The notes under the pieces: model-generated
The model's input: only the letters and a program-made list of their open reading frames with translations
The model's database searches: none
What the model was told of the DNA's origin: nothing
NCBI GenBank assembly: GCA_030248215.1
Contig: JASANG010000443.1
Coordinates: 248,001-312,000, forward strand
From: Enoplolaimus lenunculus
Lineage: Eukaryota
Length of the DNA: 64,000 nucleotides
Direction of reading: 5' to 3'
Position numbers and translations under genes: made by a program
Shown here: piece after piece, positions 22,872 to 37,421 of the stretch
Layout of the letters: each line of letters begins with the position of its first letter
Position numbering within the stretch: position 1 is the stretch's first letter

Positions 22872-25800
22872 TCACCCCATAAGCGTAGAAGCTGTATTTG
22901 TATCCGATTTGAGAATGTTGGCAGACGGAACGTTTGATCCAGTTGAAGAAGGCCTGAAATAAAAAATTGGTAAAATTACTATAAAGAGAGACTTCGAATA
23001 AAGCGTTATCCTTATATTCTTGGCAAATCCAAGCTGACTAAAATTAGTTATCGTATATTTATTGGATAAATCAGCAATTACTGGCTAGCGGACACAACGG
23101 CTGTAAGGCTCTGCCTATTGACCGTATGCTTTAATGTGAGTAGAGTACCCATCATTAGTTGGTGATAGGTCTTGTATCTCCTGAATTACTAAACAGTGCA
23201 CTTTGAAATGCGGTGAAATTGTTGCGTTTGACCTTCAGGTTTATAGTGGCAGCAGATCCACTTTATGAGAACTTAGCGAAAATTGGCAATACGGACTACA
23301 GACATACACTTGAAAATGCGGAAACAGCTGCCAAGGTTGATTGAATCAGAGAATCTTTTCTTCGAAATTATGCACATTATTTCAATTGAGTTGTCCTACT
23401 CCTGTGCAATTTTTTGAGATCTACAGCCTGCAAGCATTCGTTTGTTTGAAAACCTATTGTTAACCAGTGATAAATGGTATAAACAAGTGAGAATATGGAC
23501 CCTTACCTTGAAGCCGCTTGTTGCTGCAACAACTGATGTTGTGGATGCTGAGCGCCGCTTGCACTTCCGCTGTTATTATTTCCGCTGTTGCTGTTCACAG
23601 TTTTGCCGTTTGAGATCGGTGTCACAGGCTTTGGAATACGAGCCAGCAGGGCAGCAATTTCACGTTTTTCGTCAAAACGCTTCCATACTTCGTATAATTG
23701 GACTACTTCGCGAACAATTTCGAGCACCTGAAACAAAATATTGCCTATAATATTGATTGCGGAGCTATGATATTGAACCGTTATTCAATGTGCGCTTACA
23801 ACTCTCAAAACTCGATGAGGCCTTCTTAGATAACAACAGTATAGAACTTACATAAAAATCCGCAACATAAGACGAATACCACAATCAAGTCCAGGGTATA
23901 CTCTTGGTGACAAACCAATTTGAAAATCCGAAAACGATTCAAGTAAAAAATCCCTTCTCTAAAAAGCAAAAAACTGTGTTTTAAACGTTTCCACTCCGAT
24001 CCATGGTTAACTAAAATTACATTTAGCAAAAAACTAACCTTATCCATATCGCAATTGAGCTCAGCAAACCAGTCTTTTAAGTCTTTGTTGATCACAACGC
24101 TTGCAATAAGTAGACATCCTAAAATATTGAATGAATCTTTGATTTACTGACCGTATTCTCAAATGCGTATACATCAGTGAATGGCGAGCTTGGGAACCGA
24201 TAAGAATTCCATCTGACTTGCCCTATTTCTGTACCATATTTTGACTTCCGCAAGGCCAATTATTTTACGGGTTGCTGGGTATTCTGTTGTACTATCAGAG
24301 TTGGTGTAACTTCAGCTTACACGATAACTTCCTCAATACAAAATGATGCTTCATCTTCGAGAAGAATGCTTTAAATTTTCCATCTGTGTTTTAAAGCGCT
24401 TCAAAATATTTTACAAAAATATTAATTTTGCACTGTTTCAAATGTTGTTTAGCTAGTACCATGTTTTCCAATAAACCCATGGTACCCACAAAGCTCTGCC
24501 CTTGATTCCACAAGTACAATCCATAATCATTCCTTTGCCTAAACAATACGATTATGACTTGTTGACAAAAACTAACCTAAAGCAATCTGATACGGAGCAT
24601 ACATCAGTGACACATCAGTTCGTAACGTATCATTGACTATACCCCTGAAATAAGACCCAATTTTTTTGGCCCAAGACAGAGGGTGGAATCTAAAAACTTT
24701 ATGGGGTGCTAACTATCCTCAGTAGGAACCAATATAAGCTCTAAACAGTCTTGAATGCGTTTCTGTCATCCTATTTGTTCCTTCATAAAAGTGTAAATAA
24801 AGAAAATTTATAATAAAAATAAAGTAGGTCATTTTTGTCCAAGTACTTTCAAACATTTTTGCGTCCAACAATACTCTTCAGCGCTTTTAATGATTAAATG
24901 CTTGAAACAAAAATAATAGGAATGCAACTGCTTCAACGCATAAATTCAAAGCTTAAACTAACCACGCAAGCGACAATAGACTATCATCTTGCGGTAGGTC
25001 TTGTTGAAAAAACTGCAATAATGGCCGATACGGATGATAAACAATCAAACAGCAGTCCTGAAATTTCATAAAGCAAAATGTTTGAAAATCACAAATTTAT
25101 TTACACACCTACCTAAATACATTCGTTACTGTACACAACAGCTCAGTTAAAAATCCAGGTCGCCAAATTTAACCAAGCGAAATCCAATAACCAAAAATTG
25201 TACGCTTTATAGTGCGACAGCATTACAACCACATAAAACATGGTAGGGATGTTTCAAAGCATAAGGAGGTAAACTGGAAATTAATCAAATTGATTTCCAT
25301 TCTGAACTTAGCGTTAATCTCAATAATTCATAATTACAACGCATGCAACTGCTTGAAACCTGTTCACCGCAATAGTTTAATAGACGACATAAAACTTGCG
25401 CAGTAAAAAACAAGTATTGTGCCGCGTTAAGGGCGGCACTATACTTGTCATACAGCGCCATCCTATTTGTGCATTGCTTACTGTACCGGCTGGCAATTCA
25501 TATACGGTGCCGAACGCCGCCAGCAACTGCCAGTCGACATTATAACTCGAAAAAGTATAGCGCCGCCACTCGACTTTGTTTTGTCCAAAAGATTAACGGG
25601 CAAGCGCGACTATTTCACTTTTACAAAAAAGCATCGTAAATATACTAACCATCATCTCCAGGAGAAAAAATTCAGCTTCGTACACATCTCTGATCTGATA
25701 CGGATATTCATGAGGATGAGCATACGAGTAATTTTTCTTGACTAAAATTTAAAATAAACTGAATTCTTTCTAACTTGTAGTTGAATCTCTACACACATCA

Positions 25801-28800
25801 CATAGGTATGTTGATCAAAATTTCACCACAACAATTCAAATGCGGTTAGAATATAATGAGTTGATATGTTGGCTATTCAAATACCAGTTTGTGTAAACAG
25901 TGAAATACGTATATCACCTGGAGTATTTTACGACTCCAGAAGCAGTATTCTTAACAAACTATATTATGTACAATTTATTGCCAACAATAGTCTTTATACA
26001 ATTCCTAGCCGCAACAATGTAAACTTATATCAACATTCACTCTCTATAAAGCTACAAGATCTATCACCAACTGGTAACAGGTGCTACGAATACGGGTTCA
26101 GGCGTTAATTGCGATGAACAAATAGAGTAAGACTGCTCATTACTTTTCTTTCTATCGTGCGCCTGGCTAGCACCAAATGCTGCTTTACTAATATACTCTT
26201 TACTAACTTACTGATAGTACTAATTCCTTGAATAAGTTTCACTTGAGATTGCAAACCAAATTCTTCAACTTTTGACGCCAAAAATACACAAGTCGGAACC
26301 AACAAAAATGGATCGATAGACTTCAGGGAATTTCTATTAAAACAACGATGATACACAAACTGCGACAAATATATATACAAGGTGGCAGAGTTCCAACGGA
26401 ATTCCGATTCCGGCTGAAATTCCGACAAAATTTGCATTCCGATTTCGATTCCGACGGTGCGTGATTCCGGTGATGTGTGTTTTTCCATCAAAATTATTTC
26501 ATACTTAAACTTATGTTCCACTTTGATTTAGGGCAATTAAAAAGACAGAAAATGAATTGCAAAACCACCTGATTTCAGGAATTATACTTTGCCACTGAAA
26601 ACTTACACTGAAAAAATACTGTGTAAAGTGTGAAATAAAATCTATTTCGTCTTACGACTAAAAATTACCAAAATCATAACACTTAAATCTAAAAATTCCG
26701 ATTCAGGTTTCGACGAGCAAAATCAGATCCGATTCCGACCCCAACAAAATTAAGTTCCGGTTGGAACCATGCAAGGTGGACATAATTAGACGTCAAAATA
26801 TTGCGTCCCTGCCTGAGCGACAAATAAGTACATAATTATTTTAAGCGCAAAATATACACGGTAACTTAGGCAGTCTCGTCTTAAGACCAAAATAGAATTA
26901 TATAACCATTTTGGAGGGAATTCGGGCCAATATTTCTACTGAGCCTACAGCAATGCCGAAACATTAAATTTTACACACCAGTTTAACAAATGAATGAACG
27001 TTTTACAGGGTCAAACTTTGGTACCTGGCATAAAATCTTTTAAAGTAAATCGTGGCAGACGCAATCACTTGTTGTCGCACTTTGAGCGTTTCTCCCAAAG
27101 TTTGAATAACTAAAATTAGTAATAGAGATGCCGTGGAGCCATAATATTTTACTGAAGCTGGAGATGAAACCTTGGCCTCGGCAACCGGGCTGGTACCAAC
27201 CAGAGCCAATGAATATTCTGTAAAAAGCATTTTGTTTTGTCAACACAGCCGTTTATTGCACGACAAACAAGTTTTTGCTGAAAAATTAAACGTTGAGCAT
27301 AACGAATAATTTCTATTTAAAGCCATATTCACACGTGAATACTAGAAGATGTTTGATTACGTTTTTACATCGCCTGAAAACCAGATTCTTATTCATAGCT
27401 TCAACACGCATCGAGTGAAGTAAAGACATCACTAAAAACTTGGACTCCGTTAGGCTCCGGGACCTTAACCCCTTTACAAGGGCGACGATAAGTGGGGCGA
27501 TTAAGCGCCCCCCCACATTGGTCCGAGCCGACCAAAATTTTCTCTGCCTAATTTCTAAGTTCCGATCGTTTTTCTGAAAAAATGTTAAAAACATTTGCGC
27601 ATCGCGCATCTTAAGTAAGCACCAGGGTGCAACCGGACGTGAAAAAATACCGGAGCCGGAGGTCAACAAAACTTGCTGTAGCCGGATGTGAAGCCGGTTG
27701 TGAGGCGAAATCAAATAGTTAAAATGATGTTTAATTTGTTAATTTTAGCAAATATCTCTGATGCGTTGTTAAATCGTTTGGTTTTATGCTTATTTTTTAA
27801 CGAAATCTCGGCAATTTTCTCCTCAAAATTGTGCCAAAAGTTAACACTAAACGCGGCAAACAAATAATTTTGTGCTAAGCACTCTTCATGGTGGCATTTT
27901 CATCCCGTGATCAGGTGGTTTTCACACTTTACCCTGGCGAAAATAGTAGGCTAACTGCAGGGTTTTTTTCTGTTATCCGCCGGGCCCATTACCATGAAGG
28001 GCCAGTGGGGAGGGGGTGTGCCACGTGGAACAGTTCGCCCCCTCCTAACCTTGCCTGTTAGTCAAAGAAAACCCTTATTGCCCCTAATAAAATTTTTTAG
28101 CCTTCCATAGTAAGGTGAGCTGCCTACGAACCTCTATCCCTCAAGCCGGCGTTTGCCCAAAGATAGTTGGATTTTGAAAATTATTACATATATGAGCTTC
28201 TCATAACCTTCCCTGGTCTTTCCACTGTTAAATTAGAATTTTCGAAAAATTTGATTTTTAAGGTCCCAAGAATCCCCATTGGGACCCAAATTGTTTTGTT
28301 AAAAAGTTAAACATATTATACATCATTCGACGCAGCCTGTGAAATGGGTCCAATTTTGTTAAATTTTTCTCAGTTAAACCTCTGGTTACCACGTTATGGT
28401 CAAATTATTGATTTGCGCCATCTGAAATCGTTGGCAGCGTGCCTAATCAGTTATTTGACCATAAGTTGTTAGCCAATAGACAGACGTTTGATTGCAGAAA
28501 ATTAAGCATAGTTAGACTCAGCTCCACAAGTTGCGTCGAATGCAAGAAATTTTTGGGTCCCAAGGGGTCCCTGGGACTTTAAAGATCAAATTTTTCAGAA
28601 AATTCAAATTTGGGCGTGGAATAACCGGAGGGTGTTATGAAAAGTTCAGATACGCAAAACTTATCAAAATCCCGGCATCTTTGGGCAAATAACAGCTGAG
28701 GGATAACGGAAAAGTCAAAAAATTGTGCATGCGTCCCCGTTAGGTTCTTCATATCACCGCCACTGCCCAGATACCGGGGGATCTCTAATTTGTAGTATAA

Positions 28801-29394
28801 CTAACTATATACCTATGCGGTAAAGCAGAAATATTTCACGCGCTTGTAAATGGCGACACATGTTACAATTACACTGCGACGTTCCTTCTAAAATCTATTT
28901 ATAAAACCTGCTTGAATTACTTATAAACACACTGCGCAGTCATTCAAAGAAACACATCACGGATACAACAACCCCAGGATTTCGTTTTAAAAATGACCGC
29001 TACGTATCGCACCTAAATAAACACATTAAAACGCTTACTGTTCGAGAAGAATATCATAACTTTCTGATAATCATCGTCACCACTGAAGAGCTTTAAATCA
29101 TCTTTGCGCGCCAGGAGAATGTCTTGACGATCCAGTATCCATTCTTGGCTAAATACAATAAAACCAGCCACTTGCTACCATGGAGCTAGTTCGGTTTATA
29201 CTTAGTTTCTTAAAGATTTTTGAGGTATGAAATGACCTAAGAAAATAACACCAATGTTTAATATTGAATCGTCGCAATGTTACTGTGAACACAACCATAC
29301 AACGGTTGTAATTTAATGCAATACTTGAGTTTAATAGAACAATTTATTTAACTGAAACTTACTAATGAGAACTTTGCCAAAAGTTGCCGGCCAT
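22872..29394 (-). CDS. CCNC: Cyclin C (Mediator CDK8-module cyclin), 10 exons, ~328 aa
   Basis: Exons 29394-29363, 29148-29039, 27109-27025, 26333-26212, 25741-25650, 25057-24963, 24644-24577, 24118-24039, 23727-23507, 22953-22872, all GT-AG and in phase. Protein reads MAGNFWQSSHYQEWILD...LKVRQQVIASATIYFKRFYARNSLKSIDP...ASKVEEFG...LEMMDCCLIVYHPYRPLLQ...VNDTLRTD...WFAELNCDMDKVLEI. The last exon is less certain. Confidence 0.95.
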
Positions 29395-30867
29395 CAGTTA
29401 GTATTCTGTGACGTAAGAGTTCAAATACGCATACGATCATTAATATTAAATATACACTTAGATTAAGATTTGAGACACATGTATGTCCAATATTATGCCA
29501 AATCTATTGCCACTCAAACGCACAAGTGTTCCATTCTGCAAATTAATACAATACAAACCGGACCTAAGCATGGAAAGTATGCAGGGTGCAACAAGAATTA
29601 CAATTTACCGAAACCGGAATTTAAATTACCGGAAACAAAACCGGAAAATTAAAAGTGCATGCCATAGAAAAATTCATTGTAATGTTCTTTTTTGTAATTT
29701 TATTAGTTGAAATAACCCTAGTTAATAATAGGTACGTATTCACTTTACTACGTATACTTATGAAATTATTTAATTTTTATCGTCAGTATTTGTTAAACAT
29801 CTTATTTTCCGCTGATCAAAATTTAATACCAGAATTTTTAATTCCAGTAAAAAATTTACTGCAACCAGAAGGTGAAAAAATATCGGAACCGGAACGCGAT
29901 TCAAGTTGCGCCCTAATAGAATGCAGTGGCAGATCCAAGATTTCTCAGTGGGGATCATGCGAAGTTGATGATTTGCTAGTTTTAAGGCCCCCATATCACC
30001 ACTTAGTCTTAGTGCTATCCCGCTGTTACACTTATCGCTCCGATTTAGTGACGCGGCCGTATTAATGTTTACTGCCCACCCCAACACCGATATGACACCA
30101 TTTATTAATATGACACAATTACGGCTCAAGTTAAAATATCCTAATTGTTGTAGCCTGATCTGAAATCTTATGTGAGACGTGCCTAAATTCTGTTTATTTT
30201 AGCTACTGGCTCACAAAATACCAATATTTCTCCAAGTCCCCCCAGAAAGCTGTGCAATCCTAACCCCATTAGAACAACACCAATTTCTGCAAAACTAACC
30301 CCGTTACGCCTAAGCCTAACTTAACTTCTAAGAGTGACTAAGTAAAGCCATGGACTCCCTTAAGGTGTGGTTTGGGCCTTGTGGTTTGGTTTTAGTTTAA
30401 TTTAGCTTTTAGTTTGAAATATGGTTTGAGAGTGGCACAGCCAGCTACAGATCCAAGGTTGACCGATCACCTCTACCTTCCGACGACCTCACCTAAAAAT
30501 AACAATTTTAACGGAACTGTCGAACTGGTGCGCCAAAACAGTATAACCGGCCTAAAATTTTGCCATACTTTGGAAACAAGGGCAATACATTTATTGATGT
30601 TTTATCTTTAAATATGCTACACGATATAGGTACATTTTATAAGAATGAAAAGCCTTGATATAAATCTCTGTTGTTGGAGAGTATTCCGTCGTGCAGAAGT
30701 ATTTACAAGCGAGCATTATAAGCGAGTAGTTTTGATGTACGCGACCGCGGTTACTTCACGTCTGTACGTCTCCGACGTAAAATACTGAACGAAGGAAAAC
30801 TTGGGGGCGAAGCGTGTTGTTGGTACTATACGGTCTGCACGACCCCTGTTTGAAGTTTTGCCAAATT

Positions 30868-30939
30868 TAACCACACCGGGAATCGAACCTCGGCCCTCTT
30901 GCTCTCGAGAAAAGCATGCTACCACTACACCACGCGGTC
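30868..30939 (-). pseudogene. tRNA-like sequence (72 nt, CGA at anticodon position, no long variable arm)
   Basis: GACCGCG-TGGTGTAGTGGTAGCAT...CGAGGTTCGATTCCCGG-TGTGGTTA; same family as 16257-16329; anticodon and T stems mismatched. Confidence 0.55.
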
Positions 30940-31824
30940 ATTGCAACAACTTCTTATACCGGTATATGTGCACAGGCATGGCAACATTTGCTTTACATAC
31001 CACATATACCGACTCTGTACGTCACCGAGGTAAAATATTGAACGAAGGAAAACTTGGGGGCGAAGCGTGTGAGAAACCAGATGTAATTCTAGTATAATAC
31101 CGAAAGCCTTAAAATTTTGAGCCACGCATGCCTGGTCATCTAATCCCAAATCAGTACCCTAGATCCGCCCTGGTCGGTATGTAGTGCTTAAAAATACCAT
31201 AGTTTGTGTATGCTTTTGCCTATCGAAATCTGATTAATACCACCGCCCTAGCTAAGTACTTAACGTGTCTATTTCGAATCGTGTCCTAAAATGTGAATAA
31301 TTAAAGTATGTAAACGTTCTTTGCCAGTTTCTTAATTTGAAAAGTAATTATTTCCTCGTATGCCAAGAGTTACACCTAATGCAATTGTTTAAATCCAAAG
31401 GAGAAATTGCGTTTTAAATTTAAATATAGCTACAGAGTACACACCTATCAGCAAGACGCTGCAGTCCATTTTTCAGTCGAATCGTTTGACAAAGACCCTG
31501 CTTAAACTTCATCTTCAGATGTTATGTATTTTGTTGGGTTTGAAACATTTCAATTAATGGGAGACAACTTCTCCAGAAATACAAAATACGATACTAAAGA
31601 AATTTTGATCATAAAAAGTTAACGGTTGCGCTTTTTTTTTATCAAGTCTGGCCCAGTTCGTCCCCATCCATCACCGTGCGTCATCCTTACGGCGCCGTCC
31701 GTCATTGACCGTCACTATACGGTTTCACGTGGGTGTAACGTGCGTGCAATAACGCACGGTGACGGACAGCGCCGTACGGTTGATGCACGGCGACAGACGG
31801 CGCCGGACGGCGACGAAAGTCAAG

Positions 31825-31936
31825 AAGTATAGCGCAACCCCAAGTCGTTCTTTTCAACCTAAAGAATCCGATTTTACTTTAAGTATAGCGCAACCCCAAG
31901 TCGTTCTTTTCAACCTAAAGAATCCGATTTTACTTT
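31825..31936. repeat. Perfect 56-bp tandem duplication
   Basis: AAGTATAGCGCAACCCCAAGTCG...ATTTTACTTT occurs twice (31825 and 31881). Confidence 0.85.
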
Positions 31937-33164
31937 AAATTAGATATAGTCCACTATTAAAGTCACATCACTGCAGCCCAGCCAGTGTTTCGTTTGCAGA
32001 CAATATAAAAATAGTATATAGCACCTAACATATATGTTAATCTTCTGGAATACAATGGCATTGTATTCTGCGACTGTTGTACAATGTTTAGCTCTAAACA
32101 AAAATTACACCAGTAATGGGTCAAACACGTTGTCTACGCAGCTGTAAAAAATTGTACAATAGTCCCTAATATTCGTATTATTTACCTGCAATGTTTCCAA
32201 ATTGAATATCCAATAGTAGCCCACATCCAGTATACACCGACCGAACGGCGTATACTTCGTCACATTGAGCATACACATGCCGTGTAAGGTGCGACCGGAT
32301 GTCTTCCCCTGGCTTCGGCTCCGGCAAAAAACCGACATCTGACTGCTACTTCGGCTCGTATTATGACTTGCCGGATGTTTTTTAAAAATTTCAAAAATTG
32401 AAACCATCATTTGTATACATGCCAACTGCTATGGAAGCGATTGAGTTTACTTTAATCATATTTTTTCTGGCATACAAGAGTTGTTAATATCTGCATGTGT
32501 CCGTAGTACCTACGCTCCAATCATCATTGGGTTACAATAACGCTGATGAAAAGTCTCGGTGTCGGTCAATTTTTTTGTCACCACCGAAAAAAATATAAAA
32601 TTTTCATCAGAAATTATTTCTATAATGGTTTTTTCATAGTTTTTTATGTTTTTCATAGTTTTTTATGATTTTCCAAAACATGCTCATAATTATTGCGTGA
32701 CTATGACTTTAACAATAACTGGTAACATGTTGCCTGCACGTTTATTCGCTATCAGATTCAAAAAATTTGAATTATCTGCTATTCTGATGTGATATCTACT
32801 CTTCGTGCTGCCATATCATACGATATACCAAATATTGTCTGTCAGTTTGATTGTCCTGTAGAATGTCCATAGGATACTAAAATTTCAAATTTGAATTATT
32901 TGTACTTTGGACTATATTTTGGAGAAATTCACCGAGAAACAGACACGTAGAAGCTAATTGCAACTTTCGAAATTATTTAGTGCTGAATTATCTAACTTTT
33001 TAATGCTTTTATTACCTCGCACTAAATGTCACGTAGTATCATATGATAAATTGTTATGTGTATACGATGATAGCTTGAGATCAGTGATTTGTAAGCCAAT
33101 ATAATGTGACATTCACATTTTGTCTACACAACCGCTATTCAGATCACATTTTCGTCAAATCACC

Positions 33165-33381
33165 TTGGACAAAACGCGCTCGAATTATCTTAGACAAAAC
33201 GCGTTCGAATCAATTTGGACAAAACGCGTTCGAATCAATTTGGACAAAACGCGTTCGAATCAATTTGGACAAAACGCGTTCGAATTATCTTAGACAAAAC
33301 GCGTTCGAATTATCTTAGACAAAACGCGTTCGAATCAATTTGGACAAAACGCGTTCGAATCAATTTGAACAAAACGCGTTC
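33165..33381. repeat. 25-bp minisatellite (~8.6 copies), subterminal to a GTTATAACGTGAACCCCGC TIR
   Basis: Unit (G/A)GACAAAACGCGTTCGAAT(CAATTT/TATCTT) at 25-bp period from 33167. Confidence 0.9.
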
Positions 33382-36202
33382 CAAGCTGCCCCAGTTATAA
33401 CGTGAACCCCGCATGAGACTGCCATCCCTGATCGTAAGATAAATATATTTAATGTACATAGGTAAAACAGTATGCGTTTAATTGTAACACGGGTCAAACA
33501 TAATATTGAAACTGAACGCACCACTACAGAAACAAAGAATAGTGGAATAGGATCGTTGTTAAGGTGTTAAAAGTTCATCGGCGTTGAGAGGTTAACCTTT
33601 GTTACGTGAAGTCTTTGGATACATAAGGCCACGGAAGGAACAATAGTTAAATTTTTTCTATTTGAATAACATCTAAAAATAGATTTTAAATATTCGGCTG
33701 CGGATCCGGCCGGATATTAGATTATCCAGCACCGCCTCCGCCTCCGGCATTTTTTGGTATCCGGTCGAACCCTGAATTGCCACATTGTCAATAGGTCATC
33801 CTAATATCATAAGAACAATATTGTTTTATTCCACCATTGCAGCAAAGTGTGTGCAGTTTTCTTACAGTAACGTAGACAGCATAACGTGGATAACCCACAA
33901 AGGCTGTATTTCGATATATTCTTGAATGAATGGTAAGCTTGGGATCAGCAGCTGATCCAGAAATTTCTGACTGGGGGGGGGGGGGTTGGCAAATGTTTAT
34001 GAAACACAAAAATTGTAAGGTAGAAACCTTATCATTTTATCACCAAAAACTTTTTTGATGGGTAAAATTGTAAAGTAAGGACGCTGTCATTTTATCACAA
34101 AAAATTAAAAATTAGGGACCTTATCTTGTTTTATAAAACATTTTTCGAGTGGAAAAATTGTAAAATAGAATCCTTTACCATTTTATCACAAAAAAAATTC
34201 TGATGGGGGCGTACGTCCCCTACCTCCCTTTGGATCTGCCAGAGCGAGCTTGGGATTACCTGTGCATTACGCCACTTTTTGTGGCCTGTTTGCAAAGGAA
34301 AACCCTGAAAAACAATTTTTTTGTAAACGAGCATGTATGCTTATAATACATAGCTATATTTTTATAAAACATTATATATTTACTAATTTCAAAAAATATA
34401 CAACTTCGGCCAATGTTAAAGCGGCGTCCAGGTTTCTGGTGGGTTCACAAAAGAGTAGGTTTAGAGTCTAGATTATATTTTTTGCTTAGGCTTTAGGCTT
34501 AGGCTCAGGAACACATTTTTGCAACGCTCATAGGTTACGGCTTATGCTTACGAATACGCTTAATCTACTGTTACGCCCCTTAAAGTATTAACATTGGCCC
34601 TACTTCTAATCTAATATACCCATTTGGTCAATTATATAATATTGTTGGTTGTCATTGCATATACGCCACTTGGCTATTTTAGGTTCGTTCTACAATAGTA
34701 CCATCGTACACCAATAGCCGCCTACTTCTGTGGTTATTACGGGGTCCGGATCAAAAAACTGGTTAAAAATAATAATATAACAACAGCAAATTATTAATTA
34801 TACCTCAATATTAATACAGTGTCGTCTCATCGGACAAGTATCAAAAATTGAATGCCTTCGGCCCGCCTGTCCGCCGGGGCCGAGCCGGGCCTTTTCTGCC
34901 GTCATGAATAAACTGACGTTTTATAACAATAAATAATAATAGACGCCAGAACGATGATGTGTACTAAGGAACAACTTTAATGGGTTCCATTCTTATCGCT
35001 CCAACTTTAATGGGTTCCATTCTTATCGCTCAAAAGTATACTTTCTGTCTCGAAGTTTATGTTTTTCAGCTAGGGTTTCTACGAAATGTGCTGAATAGCA
35101 GCGCTTATTGCGTACGAGTGAAGATGTCCTATTAATATTTAGCTTATAGTGGTGGTTGTGTAAAAATAGCCTCAAGCATTGTACGATTTGTTTCGTTTTG
35201 GGGCCTAAAAATTTAATGTTTTTTAAGCTTTTAAGTGAAGTTCATATACTTGCAAAACTATCTGATAACGCAAGTTTGATTTGAGAATTGTTTTTGATTT
35301 TTAGCACTAAAAGATAAAATAAATTTTTGAAAAGTTTTGAAAAGTTCACGCGAATCTGATATGAAGTACAAATTTATCAAACGCCCCCCCCCCCCCCCCC
35401 GGCTGCTGGCGCAATGGCGCCGACAGCATCTTTATGTTCAGGGTAGGACGGCAAATGGACCATCAAACAAACACGCAACTAAGAGCTTAGAACCAGGTTG
35501 TAAGATATAAACAAACCAAGCATAGGTTTCCTCCATAATTGAAAATCGTACTGATTTGGCCAAATGATGCCGGAAATCAATTTACTTTGCTACAAAATTT
35601 CTTTGTGCTGAATAAATATTCCCACGCCATAAATTTTCTATTATTTTCATTTCGGGTTTAATCAGTATTGCTGTTTCTACTGGTTTTCACTAGTGAAAGT
35701 AAGGGCAAAATTTACAGTACTAAGTGTTCTTTGCACTAGGATTTACTGCATTTATACATCGGTTCATCAATATTTAGCGTGTTGCTAACAACTTTAGCTT
35801 AAGTTACAATTACCTGAACGGATTCCTGATTTTGACCCATGATAAACATCACGGGCGGAACGTTATTCCGTGGCACTGGAATAGAGTAAGCTTAAGCTTT
35901 AGACTATTTTTTGATCAGGCTTAGGCTTAGGTACAAACTCATGCTTACACTTCACTTAGACTTAGGCTTAGGCTTAGAGTTAGGAATATACCGTGCTGTT
36001 CCGTCCCTGTTCTATACATTGGTCATGACTTCTTAGCTACATTTTAACTTAGTTTTACATATTAGTATTTTACTCCGATAACATTAATTTATGTACTTGT
36101 TAGTTGCAGCCTAACAAAAATAGTATATACTTTTTTGATAATAAACGATGAAAGAATATTTCTTGAGTAGGCAAAGATAATTTTGCTAAACATAGAATTG
36201 TT

Positions 36203-36400
36203 GGCCAATGTAAAGAACAGGGGCGGAACAGTATTAAGCATACTCCTGAGCCTAAACCTAAGCCTAAGGCGCAACAATGAACATATTTCTATAAGCCTAA
36301 GTTTAAGCCTAAGCCAAGCAAAAAATTAGTCTAAAAATTAAGCTTACTCTATTCTAGTGCCACAGAACAACGTTCCGCCACTGATCTTGTTACATGGGCC
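36203..36400. mobile_element. Family A MITE
   Basis: GGCCAATGTAAAGAACAGGG ... TACATGGGCC; perfect TSD GAATTGTT at 36195-36202 and 36401-36408. Confidence 0.85.
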
Positions 36401-37421
36401 GAATTGTTCAACGTTGTCTGAAGCTTTCGATAATATGGTCCGAAAACATCTTCAAGACGGGCACCCTGCAACCGGTTTATAGCTACAATCCAGGTCAGCT
36501 GGCAAAATAAATAGAAAAATGTTGTACGTCGTAGTTGCGTGACAAAGTAATAGCAAAAACCTTTGGCAATAATGTCTTCTCTAGTAATATTAATAATAAT
36601 AATAATAATAATAATAGTAATATTAATAATAATTTGAAGGATATTGAAATTTCGTTGGATGAGCTTCATTAGCATACGGTAATTGATTTTAATATATCTT
36701 ATTTCATGGGTTTGTAGATATATTAGGATATTTGCGTCAGTTTCTTCTCATATTCCTAGTTTTCAAATAGAAACCTATATTACGCCATCATTATGGCTGA
36801 ATAAGCTCACACATGTGTATAGCATCTGTTTGATCGGCTGGTGATTGGCTTTTCACTCAAATCCCTGTTTCAAATTATAGCTCATATTCTCAAATGTGTG
36901 TAGCACTTATTATCAGTTGGCGATAGGTCGCGTAACTTTCGAACCAGGGATGGTGAAGTTTGAAAATCAGCGCATTTGTTACATTTCATTTATTTCTGTG
37001 CCAATTTTGAGATGTGCAATTGCAGCGGTTCGTTAGTTTGATAAGCTATTACTAACTGGCGTTAGATGCTATATGCATTTGACAATATCGGCCTATATCT
37101 CATATGAAATAGAAAATATTCAAAGCGGAAGGATTATTGGAAAAATGTTTCGTTTGCTGTTCGTAAATGCGTGAAATTTTTGATTTGCATATGCCGTTGT
37201 TTGTTGGTCTCACAACTTTTACTCCAGGGATATCATGTCAATTCGTCGCCCGACATCTCGTCAACCGACAACTTGCAATTTGAAATATTATGGAATGAAG
37301 AATTTTTTGCCAACGCTAGACCTAGCGTTAGCCTTCTCGGATTGTCGCCCTGAGCTTAAATTTACCCTCTAGGAATTTGAATCAATATCACTTCCATAAT
37401 CCCAATAAATTCTGATATATA

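Noticed and set aside
29470..30129. Divergent gene upstream of cyclin C
   Set aside because: The overlapping short ORFs lack motifs or clear splice structure and run into repeats.
33165..33381. CRISPR-like appearance of short regular repeats (also 38075, 53723, 63047)
   Set aside because: They are head-to-tail units with no unique spacers, no cas genes, and a eukaryotic context.
37171..37353. Resemblance to an ERLEC1/OS-9 N-terminus (DNLQFEILW)
   Set aside because: No in-frame ATG and no downstream MRH-domain exons were found; the similarity is too short.
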